NCBI RefSeq assembly: GCF_024521635.1
Contig: NW_026250430.1
Span: 1-64,000 of the forward strand
Length of the DNA: 64,000 nucleotides
Origin: Tricharina praecox
Taxonomy: Eukaryota
Direction of reading: 5' to 3'
Program-made: the position numbers and the translations under genes
Notes under the pieces: generated by a model
What the model was told of the DNA's origin: nothing
Seen by the model: the letters and a program-made list of their open reading frames with translations, nothing else
Databases searched by the model: none
Part shown: piece by piece, positions 49,461-63,408 of the stretch
How the letters are laid out: the number at the start of each line of letters is the position of its first letter
Numbering within the stretch: position 1 is the stretch's first letter

Positions 49461-50234
49461 ATCATTTAGACAGAGACAGACGGGCTTTGTTTTCTTTCGA
49501 ATATCCGGTCGAAACCACAGCTATGAGACGGTCATACTGGACCACTCGCCCCCGCTGAAAGAACCCGTACTGAAAGAACTGGAACGAGTGGTACGTAGTT
49601 GCTTATCCCATCGGAGCACCGGATATTAGTGACTTGGCACTGACTTGATTACATAGTATTCGCACAGTTGATGCTCTTTGAGCTTCAGAAGCACCAACAC
49701 CATACACACGCCTTCTCTGCTCAGCAGATTCAGATGGTCGTATAAAATGAAAGATAGTCCACAGGTATGTCTACTACACTCTCGGCTACGTCATTCGCCC
49801 GCCCCCTTCCTCGTTTCATCAAGCCTCCTACTCAATACCTATCCATCACACTTCCCCCCTCTACCTCCTTACTCTTCCTCCTCCTCAACACTTGGTGTAG
49901 CCTTGCCGGCTGTTTCCCTTTTGGTCTGACCGCTAATGCCGTGTGCGTGATTAGAGGACAGCGCTGTGCTAGTGCAGCTAGAAACATCCACCGCGATTCC
50001 GTCTCGAGAGTTCGATTTGTAAGTTTGTGGGATTCGGTTCACTTCACATATGCTAACAGTATGCTCGCAGACATGGCAATATGCTATGCCTCACAGGCAA
50101 CGATTTTGCCCCACGCGAGCAAGGCCACCATAGCGAGCGAATTGCGTGTAGCCGGTGCTGTTCGGCGATCGACGCCACTTTCCACAGTCGTATCCTCAAT
50201 CGCATGGTCAGCTCTATGCCTATCCTGCGGGACA

Positions 50235-51070
50235 GTTTTACGACCCATTTCTCGAACCATTCACTCCGGTTAAGGACGGTTTTACGACTCCATTTCTGGA
50301 GCCGTTCACTCCGGTTGAGGCCAATTTTACGACCCATTTCTCGAACAGTTCACTCCGGTTGCAGTACCGTTCTTTGTGTGTTGTTTTCCCGGGACACTGG
50401 CTTTAGACAATTGCCGAAAGCGATCGATGATGGACGAAAGTACGTTAGACTCATGTCCTTCTGCTCACCAGCGCTTCTTCAGTGCTCCGCTTTACCGGTT
50501 CGCCCTTTGGAATTTGACGTTGGAGACTCAATTCCCCTCGGTAACGCAGATACACTATCCACAGGCCTTGCCCCTACTATGAAAGCGTCGGTACCGCTAT
50601 CTAGCAACCGCCATCGCCACAGTACCTTCTGTAACACCATCGGAGCTCATCGACGATCCGGGGCTATTTCCTTCCAGGATGGAAAGAGCTCCGATTCAGA
50701 TGATCACAGGTGTGGGAGGGTCTGCCATCACGCGCAGCTCACAACGTCTGCCTCCAGTTACGCTTCACCGGCGGCAACACCAAGCCATCCCCGGATATAC
50801 GCATCATTGCCGGCAGTTGCTTTTCCCCTCCTACGAAAGCGTCGGTACCACTACGAATAACCGCCATTGCCACCGTGCCCTGAGTAACACCGGAGCTCAT
50901 TTGCGAACATAGGGCTCATCCCTTCCAAGATGGAAAGAACTCCGATTCAGATGATCACAGGTGTGGGAGGGTTCGCAATCACGCACAGCTTATAACGTCT
51001 GCCTCCGGGTACGCTTCACGACCAGCAATACCATCCGATCCCCGGGTATACGCATCATTGCCGGCAGTTT
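50235..51070. repeat. Three ~45-bp repeats followed by a ~255-bp tandem duplication
   Basis: TTTTACGACCCATTTCTCGAAC..TTCACTCCGGTT x3 (50236-50360). GAAAGCGTCGGTACC...GATTCAGATGATCACAGGTGTGGGAGGGT...CATTGCCGGCAGTT starts at 50581 and 50836. Confidence 0.88.
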
Positions 51071-51299
51071 TGAACGTTTTCTTCCGGAACCGGAACCAAC
51101 CGCCCAGCTCCGGACCATATGCCAGAATGCGGCGCGTCCAGGTGATTGAATTGCCGGAGAAACCGCCTCGAACCGCTTGACGGTCGCGTTCCAAAACCTC
51201 TCCACAGACTATTCGTCTGAGTGGAAATAGTACCAATAGGTACCTGGCGGTTATAGGATAAGGGTAAGAGGGAAGATGCTGGTGACGAGCTCAAGTGCT

Positions 51300-51771
51300 T
51301 TGTCTATTATAGATACACTAGAGATGTGCACAGCGAGGCCGTGCTGGTGGTGGAGTCGGAGGTGGTAGTGGAAAAGTAGGTGCCGGAGGACGTGTTGGTG
51401 GTGATGGATGTGGTAGAGGTGGAGGTGATGGAGAAATTGGAGGTGGTGATGGATGTAGTGGATGTAGTGGAGGTGGGGAGAATGTTGGTAGAGGCAGGGC
51501 AGCGCTCCTCTCCTCCTACCTTTGGAATTGGAGGTGGTGATGGCTGTAGTGGATGTAGTAGAGGTGGTGAGAATGTTAGTAGAGGCAAGGCGAGCGTTGC
51601 TCTCCTGCTACCTATGCAGTTGGAAGTGGTGATATTGGCAGTAAATAGAGATATATTTAGGAATTGAAAAATCGTTGATAATGATACTTCAAGTGCGGCC
51701 TCGGTGATGCGGTAGCCAATTTCTTCCACTTATCACAACTTTACAGACTCTCCTCTTCATAGATCTCCATG
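51300..51771 (-). pseudogene. Decayed Pro-rich reading frame with TAA/TAG stops (possible RIP-like mutation)
   Basis: The frame from the ATG near 51771 reads through several TAA/TAG stops into a Pro-rich tract and contains an internal ~90-bp duplication. Confidence 0.35.
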
Positions 51772-52094
51772 TAACCATAAGTTATGACCGTCTCGACGGG
51801 TCGTCCACTCCCACACCTGCCCACGAATACTTGACGTTGCTATCAGAGCGTAAGCATCGCTGCGATCCGCCAACCATTCTGTCCCGCCCTCCTTCACTCC
51901 ACTCCGCCATCGAGTCACCCCCCACACCCCGAAGGCTGTAGCCTGCAAAAGCAGAGCTCATCACGGGCAATCACTCGGCACTGCAATTACCACGAAACAC
52001 CGCACAGATGAAAAACAATAGAACACCCTTCCAAACCCCTCCGCCACCCACCGCCCTGCGAAACGCCTGCAAAAAAACCACCGCAAAAAGTTAC

Positions 52095-52166
52095 TAGCAA
52101 CACCTCGTTTCGATCGAGGGACCTCCGGGTTATGAGCCCGGCGCGCTTCCGCTGCGCCATGTTGCT
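52095..52166 (-). tRNA. Initiator tRNA-Met (CAT)
   Basis: A1:U72 pair, GGG/CCC anticodon stem with CTCATAA loop, and GATCGAAAC T-loop (A54/A60) typical of eukaryotic initiator tRNA. Confidence 0.97.
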
Positions 52167-52508
52167 TACTGATGTCCCTTGGCGGAACATTTCTTCGTGA
52201 CGTGACTCTTACTTCTCTAACATTCAATAGGGATGTCGTATATCGCCAAAATATAGTCATACATACAGCTTGTGGTACTACATTTATGAAGTCGGTGTAC
52301 AGCCTCCGGGTGCGCATGTGGGTGTTATTATCTTAGTACAGTAACTTCATACTTGGCCATTAATCCCTTCCCCCTCCGCTCCCAGCAAGTAATCAAGCAT
52401 CCCATCATCATCAATCATCAGTACTTCTTCTATCATAACTCATTATCCATGTGCACCCGCTCATCCTCGTCCTCCCCTCGCCCTCGTCTTCGGCAGTCGC
52501 TGTCTACT

Positions 52509-54656
52509 CTAGTAAAACCTTAACCTCACAATCGAAAATAGCATATTCTGCAGCACATGCAGGCTCACCGCGCTATTCTCCAATCAGTTCACCGCTGCAA
52601 CATACCATCTCGACTCTCGACTCAATAGGGAGAAGAAGAAGAAACTTACACGCAAGCGGGCAACAACTCGGGGAAAGCCCTAAAGTCCTTCACGGCCTCA
52701 CCGGTAACATCGAACCTAAACCTACGTTGCATGATACGTCTTACGGCATATCCAGCCGCAATCTCGCAGGCCCAAGTAGCGAGGGAGGCCCAGAAGGTGA
52801 GGCTAAACGTGTACGGATCGTTCTTGTCGCGGAAGCTGAAGTAGGGGTAGATCTTTGTGTTCCAGCCGTAGTGGAGGACGACGACCCAGCCCAGCCACGC
52901 AACCATCGACACGCTCTCGGCGATGCCGCGGATGTAGAACGCCCTGCCGACGTATTTCTTCCACGACGCGTAGTCCTGATCGTTGAGGTTTAGCCAGACC
53001 AGTGCGCGGTGGAACGTGCGCGTCATGGTGATGGGGGTCCAGAGGACAACGATCGAGCTGGAGAGGAGCTGCAGGTACGCGAATTGGCTGGGGCTGCGGA
53101 GGCGCGCATAGATGGCGCGCACGTACGTTTGGTACGTCAATGCCCAGAATGTCTTGAAGACAAAGCCGAGCGGGTAGCTGCCCACTTTGGCGCCGATGAT
53201 CCAGCCGCTGGTTATGTCCAGTGTGTGGATGGTGGCGACCCACGACCAGACGTAGAGGACAGTGTCGAGCGAGCTGTGCGGAAGGGTGCGTAGGTAGAGC
53301 TCGGCATAGGCCTCCCCAAGCACAAAACCGATCAATGTCAGGAGTAGAGCGCCACAAAACCAGAGGAACCGCCTATAGGACCGGGGGAGATGGAAAAACT
53401 CCCAACCCGTCCGTGGCTTCCAGCGGAACCGGTTCCGCTTGGCGTTCAGGTACCGCCCCCGGGCCGGTGACGACACGGAGAACAGAAGCTGCGTCTCCGA
53501 CAGTCCCTGCCGTACGCCGATATGATGGTTCCTATGTTGGAACAGCAGCACCATAACTGCGATGAACAGCGGCGTACACATGGTCGCAAAGGTTAGAAAT
53601 ATCCACGTGAGATTCTGCGTTATCACCGGCCCCGGAAGATAGTGGTAGAGGACGGCACCGCAAGCCAAAGGGAGACAGTTAAACAGGGTAAAGGTCGTCT
53701 AGATATCACCCATCAGTTTAACGGTTCACCGAGCAAGCACAACACGGAAACCTACCGGAAAGCCCAACCGTACGGGCCACCAATTCAGGCCGTACATATT
53801 GAACACTTTGGTTATCCATAACAACCCGACCAGATTATAGAAGCCGTAGTAAACGAATAGAAAGAACCAAAAGTCCATAGCGACCTTGGAGGAGCCATGG
53901 CCGGGCCCGGCATTCGGCGGGATCGGCGCGTCCTCGTCGCCAGGCCAGGACGGAACGGAATCGCTCAGACTCTTGAACCAAGTCTTGACCACGTCCCAAA
54001 GCAGCTCAAAGTTAAAGACGTTTCCGAGGGCATCGCCGAGGTCGGACCATGCGGAGGATTCGGTCGAGATCGTCGCTGCGCGCCGACGGACTGCAGGTAC
54101 GTACGCGGGCTTATCGGTAGCGGGGAGAGGAAAGGTAGGGAACGGAATCATGCACCAGACGATGCTCTGTTGTACATCCCAACCGTCAGCGCATAGTTAC
54201 ATCCTACATATGCCGCATGCACTGCAGCAGACAGGCAGGAAGAAAGTGAGAGAAAAAAGGCCGAAAGGCAAAAAAAAAAAGAGATTCACACACAAGCAGC
54301 GCCGGAAGCATGACGAGCACCGCCCACCTTCTCCACCACGTCCCCACCATCTTGTTGACCTCGGAGCGCCTCGGAGAGACGAGCTTCCGGTCGAGCCACC
54401 ACCTATCATCCGGAGTCTCGTCCACCTCGTCGTCGTCCCCACTCGCCACTTCGTGCCCCGTAGCAAAGTCTATACTGCCGTAGCTCGTCTGATACTGCTG
54501 CTCGCTGCCGGTAAATAACGTAAATAGGTTCCCGACACTACCCATGTGACGCGGCGAGAAGGCGCGGAAGCGGCCATACCGCAGCGATTCGGCGTCGGGA
54601 GGAGGCAGGGAGCGCGTGTCGGAGCCCTGTTGGAAGGCGAAGAAGGAGGAGGGCAT
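52509..54656 (-). CDS. Multi-pass integral membrane protein of unknown function (4 exons)
   Basis: Consecutive long, hydrophobic, codon-biased ORFs (54204-54656, 53726-54151, 52646-53668) separated by GT..AG introns. The last exon reads VSLHVLQNMLFSIVRLRFY* and ends at 52509. Confidence 0.85.
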
Positions 54657-55779
54657 CTAGCTGCAGGCAGGATATCGCGATGGCATTGGTTGGTCCGGGG
54701 GTGAGCGGGGTGGGGGGGTGGGAGACGATGGAGTAGGTAGTATAGATAGGCTGGGGGGGGGGGGTGGAGCTCGTTCGTTCGTTCGAGAAAAAGCGACGAG
54801 AGGTGGTGTGTTGTCCCCGACCGACCGACCGACGACGACCGACTGACCGCGACACGTCTTGCCTGTATGTAGCTGTGTTAGCTAGCCTGAAACAAGCGCT
54901 CCCTTCTTCTTCCTCTTTTGCTGCCGGGATGGATGGGGGGGGGGGGAGCGAACCGGAGAGATAGGACAGACAACCTTCGAGTGAACTGTCACTGGCAGAA
55001 GGTGTTCATGCCAGATAGATGATAGATGCGACGACGGCGGCACGAGAAATGACGATTTCGCCGTGGACCGCAGCAGGTACCGATCCCCTCCACTCCACCT
55101 CCCCCGCTCGACGAAAAACATCCACTGATGTCACGCGGTCTCGTGACACGCCCTGCATCGGCGTCGTTATTCCCAAACCGTCAGTCGCAACCGAACTAGT
55201 CCAGCAAACATGCGCATGCGGCGCTACGAACCATTAATGTCGAAAAGAAAAGAAAGAAAAAAGGAACAATAATGCATGAGTTGGATCTTTTTTCTTCTTT
55301 CTTTTTTAGCTCTGGTTTTGTGATTCTAGAACACGGGACTGACGTCAGACATCGTGATCACGATGCGAGCAGCTTGAAGCACCAGTTGTCACTCGATCCG
55401 GTCATGGATTGTCACGTCTGTAGGACTTGAGCCGTTGAGATGGAGTATTCCCAATTGGCCCAGCATTTGTGTTACTGTCCTATCATGAATTCTGTTCCTG
55501 GAACTCTTGAGCTGCTCGGTACCGGTATGTCCCGGCCCTCCACTGCCTCCCAATGTCATGCAATGTCATGCGGTCCTCGATCCCAAGCATACAGTGGTAT
55601 GATGTCTCATGACGAAAGAAGAGAACATCGACACCCACGTGCAAATCAGGGCCCATGGACATCCCTCGAGCGGGAGAGGCACGGCACAGATCGCTTGTCC
55701 GCCTTGCACTGCACCGCACCGCAACGCACGCGCGCCGAGTGATCTCGATATCTACTCACATACATGCAATGCATACTCT

Positions 55780-56828
55780 CATCCTCATCCTCATCCCCAC
55801 CGCCTCGGAGTCGCTCGGTCGACACCCAAACACCCAAACACCCAAGATGAACGGCATCTTCCCTCCCTCCCTCCCCCCACCATGGCGCACACCCCAACGC
55901 ACCTCCGTTTCCCCAAATCCCAAGCCTCAAGTTCCGCCCCCCTTCTCGCCCCCGCCGGCCGTTGGGCCCAGAGCCCAGACCAGACCGGGCAAGCAGTCCA
56001 GTCATGGACGGACGGCCGGTAGGTCGGGACGGTCGGGTGGATCTTGCAGTTTGCAGTTCGAATCTTACAGTTGGAATCTTACATATTGCATGCTCCCCGG
56101 GCCAGGGTCAGGGCGAGGGCGAGGGACAGGGCAAGGGAAAGGGCCGGGGAGAAACGAGACTCATGCATACGGTAGATATGGGAGGTATGGGAGGTATGGG
56201 AGGTACATAGCTGTAGATAGCTGTTCCATCATGTCACTGCACAGCACAGCACATCATATAACATCACCAAATCACATCATTGAGGTGGGTGGGTGTGAGG
56301 TAGGTAGGGTAGGTAGGTGGAGTATGTTGAGTATAGTAGGTAGGGTAGGTAATCGGCCACGCGGGATTTACTCTACATACTCTACACACATACACGATAC
56401 AGCTCGTCGCGGTGTTGGATGTTGACAGTTGGATATTGGGGATGTAGGTGGGTAGATGCCCGCGGACTCGGCCAGCTGGCCGCCTCACACCCCTCCATCC
56501 CCCTCCCCCCCACCACACCCCTTCCCTCGAGGTTGTCTCTCTTCTCTCTGTCTTCTATCGACGGATCCTTCCTCCCTCCCTCCATCACTAAGCCCCACCG
56601 GTTCGGTTCGATCGCGATTCCGTCATATGTACCCCTCCCCACTCCTCCCCACCCCTCCCGTCCCCTCCCCACCCCCCCATCCCCGCATCGTCTGCAACTG
56701 TCCAACTGTCCAACTGTCCAACACCGCGAGCACGAACGAACGGGCGAACGAACGAGCGAACGAACGTTCGATACCGTACATTTGCACTTCCCTGTCTGTC
56801 ATTCTATCTGTCCGTCATTCTGTCCGTC

Positions 56829-56884
<56 letters not shown>

Positions 56885-58949
56885 TGTCATTCAGCAGATT
56901 AGCTACCATACAGCTACGATATGTACGGCATGTACGGCATGTCTGTCTGTCTGTATGTCCATAGGTAGGAGCACTTGGGTATCATACCCATGAGACTCGG
57001 ATTTCGCCACGTCTAGATCTGCTCTGTTCACGTTCAGCACGTACATACCGTACATGGACATACATACATACACACATACATATCGTACATACGACATAAC
57101 TAGCTAGCGGGGGCACGGAGTTGACAGTTTTCCGCCTGAAATAGGACTTTGCTTCCCTTCCTTCCTTTCTTTCTTCCTAAGTTCCACATATGTTCCTATC
57201 GTATCGTATCGTGTTCGGCACTGGGTAGAGTAGACACCCCAAAGCTCAATGCTCAATTTCCAATGGATCGCGCATGCCCCAATGCTGCCCCAATGCTGCC
57301 CCAATGCTGCCCCAATAATGCCCCGATTACCCGTGGGCCATGGACAAATGTGTAGCTACAGTACAACTTGCGCGGGACTCGGTCCCCCCAGACACCCCAC
57401 CACCCACCGCGTGTTTACCCACCGATCACCACAGCGAGCACAGGGCACTGGAGATCGACGGTCGGTATGTATGTATCTAGGTAACCATGCAGCCACCTAC
57501 CTCCACCCTATGTAACCACACATCTGCTCGTATGTAGGGGTTCTAGGGGTTCCTAGGTAGGGGTTCTAGGTATCCGGGAGTTCTGTCCGCCCCCGGAACG
57601 TCGTCTAGAGTACTCCAGAGTCCAGAATGAGTAGAGGACGGCCCGTGTGAGATGCCGATACATACGGTGCTCAAGTCAACCACGTCAGTACAAGAGATGT
57701 CAGTAGATGTCATTTCCCCCCGCTACTCCCCCTATATACTCCCCACCACTCCCCCGCTCCCCCACTCCCCGCCGTCCCGCGACCCGTCCCGCGAGTCTGC
57801 GACCATACAATTCGCGCGGCGGCGTTTGAATATCTAGCGGCCGCTCTTTCGGTCAACCGAGTCGAGTCGAGTCGAGGCGAGTCGTTGACGAGTTGTCGAC
57901 GAGTTGTCCGGCTTATGTATGTAGAGTACCGGCCACGATTCGCGAATACATAGGCTGGCCGACTGCTGCCCCCCCCCCCCGCTCCCCGCCTCCCCACTCT
58001 ACCCTCTCCCCATGTAGAGTACTTTAGAGTACTCTACTCTACGTGGGTACTCGGGGATAGGTACATGGATAGGCGGAGTAGATAGACAGATAGACAGGCA
58101 CATAGATAACGGACTGTGTCGACTCTCGACTCTCGACTCTCGACTCTCGACTCTCGGGTGGCATCATACGTCCAGTCCACGAGACCGCACCGCACCGCGC
58201 CCAAAAAGAAAGAAGAGAAAGAGGAGGAGCCCCAGGAGTTGGGAGTTCAGTTCGCCACATGTCTACCGTTCGCACCAGTTCCCAGTACCCAACTAATGCT
58301 AGAGTAGATATCTACACTTTCACGTGTCTCACCCTCGTCGGTCCTCGCAAGTCGCAATCCTCGCAAACCGACGAAAAAGCAACACCGGGCCGGGGGGAGA
58401 GAAACCAAAAGTTTTCATCTCGGCTGCATAACGTACTAGTAGTGACGTCACCCCGTTCTACTCTTCCTATCTCGACTCTCGAGTGATTCGGAGTGAGAAA
58501 CCGTGGGGACACTTGTGACTGGGGAGGTGGATTGCGAATCAGGTGTAGGGATCGGGATAACCTCCTGTGCTAGTGGTATTGAATCACAAGCGGAGAGAGA
58601 GGCATGGGTAGCGAACGGCGGACGGCTCGTCGGCAGGGCGAGGCAAGGTGAGGTAAGGAAACGGAGTGGCGTATGTAGGTATAGGCGGATATGATATGTA
58701 TGATATGTATGATATGTATGATATGTATGCGGCTCGGATTCTGTGCATCGGTTTCGTCGTGAGCAGATTGACAGTTGCTCTATGCATCATAGTCGGAGTG
58801 GATGAGTGGATTGAACTGCGACAGGATGTTTTCTACGCGGCTCAGAGTATTCCTCGTCTCGTCGCGGCTGGCCGTACAAGTCATCACTGCTGTGGGGGTA
58901 GATAATCCTCTTGGTGGTGGAGGGGGAAGCAAGCAGGCAAGCAAGCAAG

Positions 58950-58989
<40 letters not shown>

Positions 58990-59250
58990 CAAAGCAGGCA
59001 GGCTGTATGTAGCAAATCTACAGACCTAATCATCTACCGAGCGGCGAGGAGCGAGGATGGAGGAGCAGGAGGGGTGTGGCTCGCTCGCCCACTCACACGC
59101 AGCCCAGCCAGCCCAGCCAACCCCATCCAACCCCAGGCGGAAACAAGAGAGAGAAAGAGAGAAGGGTGTGGTGGTCACTCTGCAGAAACTCGCAGCAGCA
59201 GCAGAAGCAGCAGCAACTTGCAAGCAGCAGCAATTCACCACAGCAAAAGC
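55780..59250. repeat. Cluster of diverse microsatellites in a long divergent intergenic region
   Basis: (TCATTCTG)n 56815-56891, (CCCCAATGCTG)n 57277-57315, (CGACTCT)n 58119-58156, (GATATGTAT)n 58688-58728, (GCAG)n 58929-59001. Confidence 0.9.
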
Positions 59251-60600
59251 AAAGAAGGCATAGTATTTACTAGGAAGGAAGGCAGACGGCGCGAACTGTT
59301 CTGTTCGAACAAGTCACACCCACCCGGCAACGGCAACACATGTCCACACCCACCCAGAAAACAGACAGACACACCAAAGTTCGTCCGCCCTCTTTCTGCT
59401 GGGTGGTGTTGCCGCGCTTTCGGAACAAGTCTTGGAATGGTGGGAAGGGAAGGGAAGAATGCACCTATCGCAAGGCGAGGGCGGTGGTTGTGGTGGTTGT
59501 GGTGGGTGGGGTGTGATGAAATGAACGCTACCAGTGGATGCTAGCTCTACTCTACTCCAGAGTCTAACAGGCTTTCTCACCCCTCCCCTGTCGATTGGGT
59601 GGCTGCCACCTCCACCCGAAAAACACGAGAGAAGACAGAGAGAAAGAGGGAAAATCCCACAGGCGGACAAGCACACCGAAAATACTCTCTCATTCACGCT
59701 GCCGGTAACTCCTACCTGCTCTACGACACATAACCTACAATTGCACACACACACACCTCCCAAATATACTACACATTACACACTGCACACTACGCAGCAA
59801 GATAGGTGTGGTGTATCTAGAGTAGATATTTCCTCCGACGAATCTGCGGTATCGCAACAGCTCGTTCCATGTCATGCTCTTGCCTCTTTCCCACACACCT
59901 CATCCATCGCCGCCGCGTGTGCGTAACCCCCCCTCCACACCAACACGCGGACGGGAGGGAGAAGCGGAGGGAACGGGGGGCCACACCCACCACCACCCAC
60001 CCACGCAGCACGCAAGTGAAAAAGGACAGTGTGCGCAAGCCCTTTCTCTGGCGCCTGTCTGTCTGTCTGTGGGGTGGTTGTGGGAACACACCTCTCTGAC
60101 AAAAGTCAATCTGCGCTGGATGTATCTCCACCCAGTACTGCTTGCCCACTACTCACCGCGCCTCGCCTCTTGTCTGACCTGACCGAGAGCGAGCGAGCAC
60201 ACCCTGCCCACACGCACAGGCACACACACACACAGAACCCTCCCCCCTCCCCCCTCTCAACCCCCCCCCCCCCCCCTTCCGTTCCTCCACTCTCCGTCTG
60301 GACCGGAACGGCGAGTGTGTGAGTTTTGCATGTTGGCTGCTTGCTGCTTGCGTGCAGGGTTGCGAGGGTTGGTCTTTCCTTTAATTCCCTCTTTCTCTCA
60401 AACGTCTCCAGGCAGTTAAAATCGATAACCCCCCCCTCGATCGCCGATTCTCGCCTTGATCGTAAAACACTAACCTGCCATCCCATTCATCACCGAACGT
60501 CCGAAGAAGGCTGCAGACGCTACATTACGACCCTTACATTTGGAGCACCTACTCGACCCTACCCACCCCCCCCGACCCCTGCGGCGGTTCTTTTTTTGCG

Positions 60601-63408
60601 ATGTCCCCCAGTTCCCAAGATCCGACTCAGCAAGAACCCTGGACCGGCGGCGGTGGTGGTGCTGTTGGTGGTGCTGGTGCTGTTGGTACTGCTGGAGCTG
60701 GTGTTGCTGTTGGGGCCGTTGGTGTCGTGGGCGGGGAAGCGTCAGCAACGCCCTCAGTGGCTTCGTCGAGCGGAGGAGGAGGAGGCTGTGGGGTTGTCGA
60801 CGCTCCCGTCGACGGTACAGCAGCTGCCAGAGAAGGAGGAGAGAGAGTGGAGAGAGTGGAGAGAGTGGAGAGAGGAGAGAGGGGAGAGAGGGGAGGGGGA
60901 GGAGGAGAGAGAGGAGGAGGATCCGAGAGGGCTGGCAGTGCTAGCAGCGCTGGAAGCGGAGGAGGTCCCGGAGGGGGAGGAGGAGGAAGTGTCGGCAGCG
61001 GAGGAGGAGGAAGTTTCAACGGCGGCGGTCGCAAAGCATCAGCAGCGGCGGTGGTAGCAGCTCAGGACCCACACAACAATGGTGCCCGAGCTGCTCTGAC
61101 GAACGAGATCCGGAGTGAATTCTTCAGACTTTATGGTGAGTGCACACGATCCTTCTCACCGATCCCGCCCATTCTCTCGATGCTCTCTCAAGTCTTCTTT
61201 CGCTGTTTCCTGTCTCCGTCCCCCCCTCATCTCCTTGCCGTCCTGCCTGTCTCCGTCCCTTCTCTGTGTACCGAGGGCCTCGCTACCTTCTTTGCTCCAC
61301 GAAAACTCTCGCACACATCTGCTCCCGTCTCGGTTGCTCCTTCCTGCTGTTTTTTCTACCGTGCGGCAAAGAAAGAAAGAAAGAAACCAAAAAAAAAAAT
61401 TCCATCCTTATTATCTTTTTATTATTGTCTTTGCCGCCGTGCGAGTTCGCTACGGCTGCTCGCTCGCTCCTGCTTGCTTGCTCGCTGGCCTCTGGCTGCC
61501 TGAAGAAAAATATCCCGAAACTCCCAGGCGAAGCTGACTCGCTCACCGCTCGCCGACCGCCGCCGACCGCCGCTGGCCGCTGAGTGGTGCTTTGTGGCCT
61601 TCATCCCTTCGTTACACACAAATATATCGCAGCACAATAGCCTCGTGAATATATGTCTTTAATCGGATTCCATCCATGATATCATCCTTCCTTCTACCCG
61701 TTCTTCTTCATCTTCTTCTGCTTCTTCTCCTGCTTCTTCCTTGCGCGTCCGAGAGCATCGGAATTCTCCGTTTCGTGTGTTTCCCTTGCGAGTAATCGAA
61801 GTTGACGCGCGCCCACGCGGAAAATGCAGAACTCTCCGGCTTCCAGATTCCCGGGCTGTCGGTGCAGAACATCCTCCGTCACAAGGACAAAGATCTCTAT
61901 TTCGAAGGCCACGACGGCCTCCGCGATTTTTGGAAGCAAACGGCTGCCAGCAGACGAGAGATATTGCAACTTGCGCGGGAGGGGAAGATAAGGGTTATTC
62001 GAGGACCTGTAAGTTTCACTGGCTGGCGTTCCTTCCTCCTTCCCCACGGGTGGCTTTCTCTTTGTCGCTCGCTCGCTCGCTCCGTACCCTGCGTACCGTT
62101 CGTTCGTTCCTGCCCTGTACTTTCGATTCCTGCCTGCCTGCAACTGCCAACTGCTATACCCACCGCCACCCTTACCCACTTCCACTACGTTGCCTCCGAT
62201 GTCATGGCACGCACGCATGCGGTGGTCCCTTCCTTGGCCAGCGCATGCTTGGTGCAATCGGAACGCCAGCAGCAGCAGAAGCAGCAGGCGCGCCAGCAGC
62301 TGTAGCAGCAGCAGCCATACCTTACCATATACACACGCCCCAATTCACCTTACCATACCCAAAAAAGTTTCGAAAAAAGAAGAGCCTTGACTGACATATG
62401 GCGGACTACTTGGTCCGACTGCAGCGCCCTCAGGCCAGCTCGCAATCAGCATCGCAAACTTCAACCGAAGATCGGTCGCAGAGCGTCAGCACGGACGAAG
62501 ACGCCCGCAACCTTGGAACAAGCGTCAGCAGCACCGGCACTGGTAGTGGTACCAGTAGCGTCGCCCCCATCGACTCCAGAAAACGAATCCATCGTGCCGA
62601 CGTCCTCACTGATCCTCCAACTTCAAAACGACAGCAGCACGACTCTCTACCGCTGATCACTAATGGATACGGCCCGCAACCGTCCATATTCAACCACAAT
62701 CCTCTTCCGACCCCTCCTGTGATTGCCGAATCGGCATTCTGGGGTGATCGGAATATGCCTCCTTCCCACCTCGAACAGCAACAGCGCCAGCAGCAGCAAC
62801 ATCAGCAGCAGCAACGCCAGGACCAACAGCAGCAGTTACACCAGCAGCAGAACCACCACCGCTCATCCGACACTCCGAGCAGCAGCAATGCCAGCCTACA
62901 TCAACACCAGTCCCCCGCCACCCCTCCGACAGCAACCCAAACCCCGCTGCAAACTATGGTCGTCGCCAGCAGCCCTACGGCGATCGCCACCCTCCTGGCC
63001 GACCTTCAGGCCGCCTTCCAGGAGTACGACATAAGCCTCCCGTCCAACCACACCATGCAACGCCTCAAAGAGGAGCGCGACCGCGCCCTCGAGCGAGCCC
63101 TGCGCATGGAACGTGAGCGCGACGACGCCCTCCGCTCCCGCGACGCAGCGCTCAAGCTCGCCGAGGAAAGCTACGGCGAGTTGCGCGCACTCATGGACTC
63201 CCGCGCCCGGCGAATCCAGGAGATTCGCGAGATCTCGCGCGGCTCCGTCGGCACCAATCACGGCTCGCACAACCACAGCATGTACGGCAGCGGCAGCATC
63301 GGCGGCGGCGGTGGCAGTGTCGACCGCGAGCGCGATAGGGACAGGGACCGTGAGCGCGGCGGCGTAATGGGGAACGGAGGCGGGAATGGAAACGGAGAGT
63401 GGGAATAA
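60601..63408 (+). CDS. Hypothetical regulatory-type protein (Gly-rich N-terminus, small globular core, poly-Q and coiled-coil C-terminus)
   Basis: Exon 1 ends at GTGAGT (61136). A middle exon ENAELSGFQIPGLSVQNIL..IRVIRGP ends at GTAAGT (62009). The last large exon has Q-runs and the heptad-like RLKEERDRALERALRMERERDDA. Internal splice sites are uncertain. Confidence 0.6.
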
